From a virus (lineage: Duplodnaviria > Heunggongvirae > Uroviricota > Caudoviricetes): a stretch of 17,234 nt of DNA. Position 1 is the first letter of the stretch, and each line of letters opens with the position of its first letter. Shown piece after piece: positions 6,644-12,315 of the stretch. Made by a program: the position numbers and the translations under genes. The notes beneath the pieces were generated by a model. The model had not been told where the DNA came from. It saw only the letters and a list, made by a program, of their open reading frames with translations, and did not search any database. The DNA lies in IMG/VR virus record IMGVR_UViG_2639763153_000002; one strand, 5' to 3'.

Positions 6644-6718
6644 ATGAGCTCCCCTATCATCCCAAACCACGCACCTCCGTTCCCTAGGCCTCCTGCGCCT
6701 CAGCCAAAACCGAAGTAA
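6644..6718 (+). CDS. Proline-rich micropeptide 2, 24 aa MSSPIIPNHAPPFPRPPAPQPKPK
   Basis: TAAGGA RBS; translated by hand; paralogous motif to micropeptide 1. Confidence 0.7.
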   Translation: MSSPIIPNHAPPFPRPPAPQPKPK

Positions 6719-6741
6719 TTTGTTATGGTTGATATCCAGAT

Positions 6742-6753
6742 TGTTAAAGAGCA
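6742..6753 (-). promoter_or_regulatory. boxA antitermination element (rrn consensus) on the pL transcript
   Basis: Minus strand TGCTCTTTAACA matches the rrn boxA consensus exactly and is preceded by a hairpin in boxB-like position. Confidence 0.8.
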
Positions 6754-6776
6754 AAGCGTCCGATGGGCGCTTTTTT
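6754..6776 (+). terminator. Terminator for the accessory cassette; the same hairpin precedes boxA on the minus strand
   Basis: AAGCGTCC-GAT-GGGCGCTT plus TTTT. Confidence 0.75.
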
Positions 6777-6855
6777 CATACCTGCGAATCATCCCGGTCT
6801 TCGTATGCCCCGGGCGGCTACTTCGTGGGCGTTCTGCCTGTCCGCTGTTTCTGTT

Positions 6856-6889
6856 AGGTACATTATGTACCCACAGGGTACATTGTCAA
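6856..6889 (-). promoter_or_regulatory. pL promoter with overlapping oL operator
   Basis: TTGACA (6884-6889), 16 bp, CATAAT (6862-6867); palindrome ATGTACCC-ACA-GGGTACAT (6865-6883) between the hexamers; extra half-site AGGTACAT at 6856-6863. Confidence 0.85.
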
Positions 6890-6893
6890 GTAT

Positions 6894-6916
6894 AAAAAAA
6901 CCTGCCGGAGCAGGTT
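6894..6916 (-). terminator. Terminator of the cI transcript
   Basis: Minus strand AACCTGC-TCCG-GCAGGTT followed by a T run. Confidence 0.85.
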
Positions 6917-6943
6917 AAGTCATGCTGGTGAGGCTCTTATAAG

Positions 6944-7603
6944 TTATCTTCTTGGTTTTCCAGAAAAAATAACGGTGCCGATAATCGAACAATTGCCATT
7001 GATTTTGATATAAGGCTCTGGCCAGTTTGTGTTCAGAGCTTTTAGGTAACGTTGTCCCGCATCCTCAATCAGGCGTTTGAAAGTAGTCTCTCCAGAATCA
7101 TGCATTAACGCAATTACATCGTCACCGTGCGCTGCTGGTACTTCTGGATCCACAAAAATCATATCGCCAGGTCGGTATTCATCGATCATCGAGTCGCCAA
7201 TAACGCGAAGAATATAAGTCATGGGCCCACATGGTACAGGGCATGGATAGTTTTCTGTACTATTCAAGTCCACCTCAGCATAGCCAAATTCGGTCCATGC
7301 TCCAGCCTGTACCCAGGATATAACCGGAACCATAATAAAATTTCTATTCGTATCTGAAACATCCGGTGATTTAGCAACATTAGTGGTTTGATGTTCCTGA
7401 TCTAACCAACCCATAGGCAAGTCAAAACACTTTTCGATGTGCCGGGCCATAGCATCACCAATGTTCTTAGTTGCACCATCACCCATAAACCGGCTGGTTT
7501 GGGTAGGCTCGCGATCAATCATGTTGGCGAAGTAGATATTTCCACCAACACCATCTCTCAATTTTCTGGCGTTTAACCGCCTGATTTCCTGGATTGTTTT
7601 CAT
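6944..7603 (-). CDS. cI: Prophage repressor CI (HTH plus S24 autopeptidase), e14 CohE/YmfK-like, 219 aa
   Basis: MKTIQEIRRLNARKLRDGVGG N-terminus; VQAG (A-G cleavage site), GDSM (Ser) and TFKRL (Lys) S24 motifs; divergent from cro. Confidence 0.95.
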   Translation of the reverse strand: MKTIQEIRRLNARKLRDGVGGNIYFANMIDREPTQTSRFMGDGATKNIGDAMARHIEKCFDLPMGWLDQEHQTTNVAKSPDVSDTNRNFIMVPVISWVQAGAWTEFGYAEVDLNSTENYPCPVPCGPMTYILRVIGDSMIDEYRPGDMIFVDPEVPAAHGDDVIALMHDSGETTFKRLIEDAGQRYLKALNTNWPEPYIKINGNCSIIGTVIFSGKPRR

Positions 7604-7620
7604 ATTGAAATTTAACCGCG

Positions 7621-7687
7621 TGTACCTCAAAGGTACAAGTACCTTGAAGGTTCATTTCTTTCGTGTAATATGTACACAAGAGGTACA
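7621..7687. promoter_or_regulatory. oR region: three 17-bp operators overlapping pR/pRM
   Basis: TGTACCTCAAAGGTACA (7621-7637), AGTACCTTGAAGGTTCA (7638-7654), TGTACACAAGAGGTACA (7671-7687); same consensus as oL; candidate pR TTGAAG (7644) ... TAATAT (7666). Confidence 0.85.
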
Positions 7688-7690
7688 TAT

Positions 7691-7891
7691 ATGAAAGAGT
7701 TTTGGGATTCATTGACCAAAGAGCAACAAAGCACATTAGCGGCAAGCGTTGGTTCTACAACCGGTTATCTGCGTTTAGTTTTTAACGGTTACAAAAAGGC
7801 CGGCTTTAATCTGGCCAAAAAGCTGGAAAACATCACATCAGGCCAGATCACTAAGTTTGACCTTCGGCCAGATATCTATTCCAAACAATAA
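7691..7891 (+). CDS. cro: Cro-like repressor (e14 CroE/YmfT-like), 66 aa
   Basis: MKEFWDSLTKEQQ...GSTTGYLRLVFNGYKKA...DLRPDIY; AGAGG RBS; divergent from cI. Confidence 0.93.
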   Translation: MKEFWDSLTKEQQSTLAASVGSTTGYLRLVFNGYKKAGFNLAKKLENITSGQITKFDLRPDIYSKQ

Positions 7892-7935
7892 CATGTGGTT
7901 TCACCTGAAATAACCACAGAGATAAGGGGTAAGCC

Positions 7936-8412
7936 GTGGGTGTCAAGTCAGCGCAGGAAACGATTAAGAAGCAACCTTACATCAGTGCAGGTGATTTATC
8001 TCCAGAGGAGTTAAGACTCTGGCTGAACCGTGTTGCAGATTCAGCCGGTGTAAAAACCGATGGCATGTTTGAGATCGTAAGCAGTCTGCGCCTGCTGGCG
8101 GATGAACTGAAAAAGCCGCTGGAAACCATCCAGGTAAAGATTACTTACCTTTCAAGCCCGGAAATAATTCGTTCGGAAGATCATTCCAACTCAACTCAGG
8201 AAGACCTTCGCCTACTTCGTGAGATTCAGCAATCAGTTCACGATTTCCGTCAATCCATTGATTCATTGACTCTTCAGATTTCAGAAACCCGTCGCTGGCC
8301 GCTACCTGTTGACTGGCTAAACACGGACCCAGGAGTTTCAGAGCAAGAGAAGCGGGAATATTTTCAAGGGATAAAAACACAACCCCAGAGTGGGCATGAA
8401 GCAAATGAATGA
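7936..8412 (+). CDS. Hypothetical 158-aa ORF that uses the former ymfL RBS and GTG start; its 3' 272 nt overlap an antisense gene
   Basis: TAAGGGG RBS before the GTG; helical N-terminal ~65 aa; no family recognised. Confidence 0.5.
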   Translation: MGVKSAQETIKKQPYISAGDLSPEELRLWLNRVADSAGVKTDGMFEIVSSLRLLADELKKPLETIQVKITYLSSPEIIRSEDHSNSTQEDLRLLREIQQSVHDFRQSIDSLTLQISETRRWPLPVDWLNTDPGVSEQEKREYFQGIKTQPQSGHEANE

Positions 8413-8608
8413 TCGCTTCCCGGCTGTTCAGGTTGAGTTCTGGATTTTCAATTTTGTACTGGCGGGTGACCGCATAAAGTCTGGTGAGTTGAATCGAACG
8501 GGCGGCAATCAGGTTCTGTAGCCAATACCCGACTTCCTCCCGATAGGTATTCGCATAACTCGCCATGAGGGAATTTTTAATTGAAACGTACGCAGATTGC
8601 AAAGTCAT
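8141..8608 (-). CDS. 155-aa accessory protein antisense to the pR operon, with possible resemblance to ECs1072-family phage proteins
   Basis: Strong AAGGAGG RBS before the ATG at 8608 (start trimmed from 8728); family resemblance is from memory only. Confidence 0.7.
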   Translation of the reverse strand: MTLQSAYVSIKNSLMASYANTYREEVGYWLQNLIAARSIQLTRLYAVTRQYKIENPELNLNSREAIIHLLHAHSGVVFLSLENIPASLALKLLGPCLASQQVAASDGFLKSEESMNQWIDGNRELIAESHEVGEGLPELSWNDLPNELFPGLKGK

Positions 8609-8612
8609 GTTG

Positions 8613-8664
8613 AACCTCCTTCGGTTCTTAGTCGTGGAAAACCAAGAATATCCGAAGGAAGGTT
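8613..8664 (-). promoter_or_regulatory. Long hairpin sequestering the RBS of the 8141-8608 gene
   Basis: Minus strand AACCT-T-CCTTCGG-ATA-TTCTT ... AAGAA-CCGAAGG-AGGTT pairs the AAGGAGG Shine-Dalgarno. Confidence 0.65.
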
Positions 8665-8688
8665 CGGCACCAACAGAGGTATTGAACA

Positions 8689-9237
8689 ATGAATGAACCT
8701 GGATGGAAAGTGGATAAGCAGCCGGCATGGCTGGTGGCCTCTATAAAAAAAACGATCACTGATTTGGACGGTGGTTACGTGGAAGCAGCGGAGTGGTTGG
8801 GCGTTACTGAAAATGCATTGTTTAACCGTTTACGCGCCGATGGTGATCAGATTTTTCCTCTCGGCTGGGCAATGGTCCTGCAGCGTGCTGGTGGCTCAAA
8901 CCACATTGCCAATGCGATAGCACGCCATTCGAACGGGGTATTCGTGCCACTGGCCGATATCGAGGAAGTTGACAACGCCGATATTAACCAGCGCCTGATG
9001 GAGTCGATCGAGTGGATAGGAAAACACTCGCAGTATCTACGCAAAGCCACTGCTGACGGTGTTATTGACCAGGCCGAACGTGAGCAGATCGAGGAGAACA
9101 GTTACCAGGTCATGGCGAAATGGCAGGAGCATTTAACGTTACTTTTCCGTGTCTTTTGTCAGCCAGAAAAGAGTGACGCCCGCGAGTGTGCAGCTCCGGG
9201 CGTCGTGGCAGATAAATCAACGTGTATGGAGAAATAA
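8689..9237 (+). CDS. ymfL: YmfL family putative regulator (cII position)
   Basis: WKVDKQPAWLV...GGYVEAAEWLGVTENALFNRLRADGDQIFPLGWAM; GAGG RBS. Confidence 0.88.
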   Translation: MNEPGWKVDKQPAWLVASIKKTITDLDGGYVEAAEWLGVTENALFNRLRADGDQIFPLGWAMVLQRAGGSNHIANAIARHSNGVFVPLADIEEVDNADINQRLMESIEWIGKHSQYLRKATADGVIDQAEREQIEENSYQVMAKWQEHLTLLFRVFCQPEKSDARECAAPGVVADKSTCMEK

Positions 9238-9242
9238 TCCGC

Positions 9243-9569
9243 ATGAGCAATTTAATCGTAAATCTCAGGTTACCGCAACTACGTATGCGTCCGGTGACGG
9301 GTGCTGCGCTGTTTCGGTATGAACGCATGGTATGCGGTAAATGGGTTTCATGTAACCACAGCCGGGCAACGGCGATTGTGGGGGTCTTTAACCGGAGGGT
9401 AAAAGCGTTATGCGCGAAGTTAACCGAAAGTTCAGAGACCACTATGGCAAGCCCGTCAGAGTCATACGGTGGGAACGTGAGACCAATCGCGTCATTTACC
9501 TCAGGGAAGGCTATCCGCACGAGTGTTTTAGCCCACTCGATCAGTTTCAACGAAAATTCAGGGAAGTAG
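9243..9569 (+). CDS. Hypothetical phage protein (MSNLIVNLRLPQLRM...); the C-terminal half overlaps the DUF4222 gene out of frame
   Basis: GGAG RBS at the end of ymfL; the first ~56 codons fill the ymfL-DUF4222 gap. Confidence 0.5.
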   Translation: MSNLIVNLRLPQLRMRPVTGAALFRYERMVCGKWVSCNHSRATAIVGVFNRRVKALCAKLTESSETTMASPSESYGGNVRPIASFTSGKAIRTSVLAHSISFNENSGK

Positions 9570-9589
9570 AGGGCAGCCATGAGCAGTAA
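9410..9589 (+). CDS. DUF4222-like small phage protein, 59 aa MREVNRKFRDHYGKPVRVIRWERETNRVIYLREGYPHECFSPLDQFQRKFREVEGSHEQ (below the ORF-track cutoff)
   Basis: Translated by hand; GGAGGG RBS; VRVIRW...RVIYLREGY.HECF.PL..FQRKF motif; overlaps the rep start. Confidence 0.82.
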   Translation: MREVNRKFRDHYGKPVRVIRWERETNRVIYLREGYPHECFSPLDQFQRKFREVEGSHEQ

Positions 9590-10490
9590 ATTACACGGTC
9601 TGGTATGGGAAGCCTGTGCTTTCAAAGGCCTGATCATATCTGAAATAGCGGTCATGGCCCGCCTGGCTGACTTCAGCAACGATGAAGGAATATCGTGGCC
9701 TGCTGTGACAACTATTCAGCGACAGATCGGGGCAAAGAGCGAGAACACTGTTCGAAGCGCCATTAAAAAACTTCAGGCGAAAGGGTGGCTGAAGAAGCAG
9801 GAGCGTCGCGTAGGCGGCAAGAATAATTCGAACGTCTACAAACTCAACGTCGATATGCTGGAACGTGCAGCAGCTGAAGCAAAACTCTTCTACGCAACCC
9901 CGCGTGAACAATCAAAATTTGATGCCTCAGAAATTGAGGGTTCAAAATTTGAGGGGTCAAATTCTGATGCCTCAAATAATGGGTCTGCATCCCCTCAAAT
10001 ATTGCGGGGGGACCCCTCAATGGTTGAAGGCGATCCGTCATTAGATCCGTCATTAGATCCGTCATCTAAAAAACCTTCTTGTCGGGCTCCTGCGGAACCC
10101 GACGATAAGCCGGATCCTGAAGTGGTAATCACTGACTATGCGATCGAAGTTCTGACGCATCTGAATCAGGTCAGTGGCTCCCGGTTTCAGAAGTCAAAAA
10201 CTTCCCTCGAAAACATTCGGGCACGTCTACGTGAGGGGCATACGGTTCCAGATCTGAAACTCGTTATCGACGTTAAGCATGAGCACTGGCATGGCAACGA
10301 CGAGCAATACCAGTACATGCGCCCCGAGACGCTTTTTGGTCCTAAAAAATTCGAAGGCTATCTGCAGAGCGCTATCCGCTGGGATGCCAAAGGGCGACCA
10401 CCACGGGAATGCTGGGACAGAAGTAAGCCGCGGGATATCAACCAAATTGGTGCAGTGCAAACGACCATACCGAAGGGGTTTCGTGGATGA
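9579..10490 (+). CDS. Phage replication initiator (N-terminal HTH, low-complexity iteron linker, conserved phage C-terminal domain)
   Basis: LADFSNDEG.SWP...TIQRQIG...NTVRSAIKKL HTH; C-terminal YMRPETLF...KFEGYL; internal iteron repeats. Confidence 0.88.
   Translation: MSSKLHGLVWEACAFKGLIISEIAVMARLADFSNDEGISWPAVTTIQRQIGAKSENTVRSAIKKLQAKGWLKKQERRVGGKNNSNVYKLNVDMLERAAAEAKLFYATPREQSKFDASEIEGSKFEGSNSDASNNGSASPQILRGDPSMVEGDPSLDPSLDPSSKKPSCRAPAEPDDKPDPEVVITDYAIEVLTHLNQVSGSRFQKSKTSLENIRARLREGHTVPDLKLVIDVKHEHWHGNDEQYQYMRPETLFGPKKFEGYLQSAIRWDAKGRPPRECWDRSKPRDINQIGAVQTTIPKGFRG
9915..9974 (+). repeat. Four tandem degenerate 15-mers, putative replication-origin iterons inside rep
   Basis: AAATTTGATGCCTCA / GAAATTGAGGGTTCA / AAATTTGAGGGGTCA / AATTCTGATGCCTCA, with related CCCCTCAA copies up to about 10020. 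Confidence 0.75.
10032..10065 (+). repeat. 12-bp tandem repeat GATCCGTCATTA, about 2.8 copies (encodes DPSL-DPSL-DPS)
   Basis: Read directly; each copy contains a GATC. Confidence 0.9.
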
Positions 10491-10945
10491 ACATTACTCA
10501 AATGGCCTTTGAATTCATTGCTAAAAAACCAGATCAGAAAATGCGCGATATCATTGCCGCCTTTCCTGACTGCAAACCTGTTTCTGTGAAAAGTGCCGTA
10601 TATCGCCTGTACACAGAAGGGCGCCTGGAGACCAAAGCAACCTCATGCGGTTTTATTTATCGAGTCATCAATGATGCATCCTGCTGCGATGACCTACAGG
10701 ACGACTTTAAGTCCAGAGGCAACCTTGAACAGGAAAAAGCCGCAAAAAAACTCGAAGAACGCAGCCTGTATCGCCGGGCCGCTACTGTATGGCACCAGCT
10801 CAGTACCTCAAGCTGCAGCCAAAAAACTCTTGAGTATTACATTCGTCAGAAAAATGCCTGCCTCCGGAAAGCACGCATGGGGAAATCACACACTGAGTGT
10901 CTCTTAGCCGGGAATTACTGCGGAGGTGATCTGTGCATCGACTGA
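10487..10945 (+). CDS. PerC-family transcriptional regulator with an N-terminal winged-helix-like segment
   Basis: AKKLEERSLYRRAATVW PerC motif; ATGA overlap with the rep stop. Confidence 0.8.
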   Translation: MNITQMAFEFIAKKPDQKMRDIIAAFPDCKPVSVKSAVYRLYTEGRLETKATSCGFIYRVINDASCCDDLQDDFKSRGNLEQEKAAKKLEERSLYRRAATVWHQLSTSSCSQKTLEYYIRQKNACLRKARMGKSHTECLLAGNYCGGDLCID

Positions 10946-11802
10946 ACACGATCAGCGAAGGCGAAATGCTGGTGGATGAGGCCGAACTCTCAATCACCAG
11001 AAGCCAGTACTGTGATGCTCTGGATGCATTACGTGCTGCACCTGCCCACTATCTCAAGGAGGTGGGCGATCAGTGGAGAACGCCCGATCTGTTGTTCTGG
11101 GGGGTTAACGCTATGTATGGCCCACTGGTGCTGGACCTCTTTGCAGACGAAAGCAACGCAAAATGCCCTGCGTGGTACTCAGCAGAAGATAATGCCCTGA
11201 CGCAGGACTGGGCGGGGCGACTGATAGAACTCGGCGGCGCGGCATTTGGAAATCCGCCGTATGGCCGTTCTCAGTATCACGAAAAGCAGGTGATCACAGG
11301 CATGACCCACATCATGAGTTATGCATCCGCTCAGCGTGAAAAGGGTGGTCGTTATGTCTTTCTGGTGAAGTCAGCGACGAGTGAGACGTGGTGGCCAGAA
11401 GATGCGGATCATGTATGTTTTATCCGCGGTCGCATCGGTTTCGATCTGCCTACCTGGTTTAAGCCGGCGGACGATAAGCAGAAGCCGACCAGCGCCTTCT
11501 TTGCCGGGGCGATTGTTGTATTCGATAAGTCCTGGCGAGGTGAGCGCTTTAGCTATATCGATCGTGTGGCTCTTGAAGCGAAGGGGCGCGCGAGTATGGC
11601 CCTTGCCCAGTACGCCGTGGGTAAACAGGCAACAGCTCCAGTAATGGATCAGCCTCAGACAGAGCAAGATGAAACTGAAATCCCGCTTCTTCAGGACGAA
11701 ATCCTCGCAAAAAGCGGCATACGATCCTGGGCCTGCGTGGTTGCGGCTTTTGGAGATAAAGCCGAGTACACCTTTGCCGAGTCGAAGTATGGTCATACCT
11801 AG
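10933..11802 (+). CDS. Phage DNA N6-adenine methyltransferase (Dam-like); catalytic part intact but ends at a premature TAG
   Basis: DQWRTP, LDLFAD (SAM binding), GNPPY (catalytic) and RGRIGF motifs; the reading frame continues after the TAG. Confidence 0.88.
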   Translation: MHRLNTISEGEMLVDEAELSITRSQYCDALDALRAAPAHYLKEVGDQWRTPDLLFWGVNAMYGPLVLDLFADESNAKCPAWYSAEDNALTQDWAGRLIELGGAAFGNPPYGRSQYHEKQVITGMTHIMSYASAQREKGGRYVFLVKSATSETWWPEDADHVCFIRGRIGFDLPTWFKPADDKQKPTSAFFAGAIVVFDKSWRGERFSYIDRVALEAKGRASMALAQYAVGKQATAPVMDQPQTEQDETEIPLLQDEILAKSGIRSWACVVAAFGDKAEYTFAESKYGHT

Positions 11803-11814
11803 GCGGCTGATTCA

Positions 11815-12315
11815 GTGGATAAACCGGAGTTTACGCCGGTTAACTCTGAAACGATCGCCACAGCTCAATCCCTGATCATCAAACAGACAGCGAAACAAGC
11901 GCTGGTGGGCTGGCTTAACGGAGTTGATCTCGGATCCACAACTGCACGTGAAGAAGCCATAGAACGCATGAACTCGGTGTATGCAGAGTTTGTCGACACA
12001 TGCTCTGTAACTGAGTTCATCGATATTGTCAGCAGTCTGGATAAAACGAGCTGGTTCAACAGCAGACTGATCCGCACTCATGTTCGGGAAGCTCTCTCAG
12101 TTGCTAAACAGGCCTTACCCGAAAGCCGGATATGGCCACTGGAAGTAGGCTTGGTGTTTGAGCGAGTCGAAGGCGTGCACCATCTTAACGAGTCTCAGCA
12201 AAACAAACTGAAAGCACACATCAATCAGCTGTGGCTTGAGCGTACGCCCAGTACCGAAATCATAACTATTGCCAGCGGGCTGGTCAGCAGCATGCAGGGG
12301 GTTAGCCATGCGTGA
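11815..12315 (+). pseudogene. In-frame C-terminal extension of the Dam-like MTase, separated by an amber codon
   Basis: ACC-TAG-GCG-GCT-GAT-TCA-GTG in the same frame as 10933-11802; no RBS before the GTG at 11815. Confidence 0.7.

Larger units (their letters stand above)
6050..6742. repeat. 12-bp inverted repeat AATCTGGATATC (6050-6061) / GATATCCAGATT (6731-6742) bracketing the accessory cassette
   Basis: Perfect reverse complements read directly from the sequence. Confidence 0.85.

Noticed and set aside
7942-8691. Group I intron in ymfL (upstream exon ends in U, insert ends in G, removal restores the frame)
   Set aside because: No recognisable P7 core (GACUA / AAGAUAUAGUC-type R and S elements), no homing endonuclease motif, and the insert supplies its own RBS and ATG for ymfL, which makes splicing unnecessary
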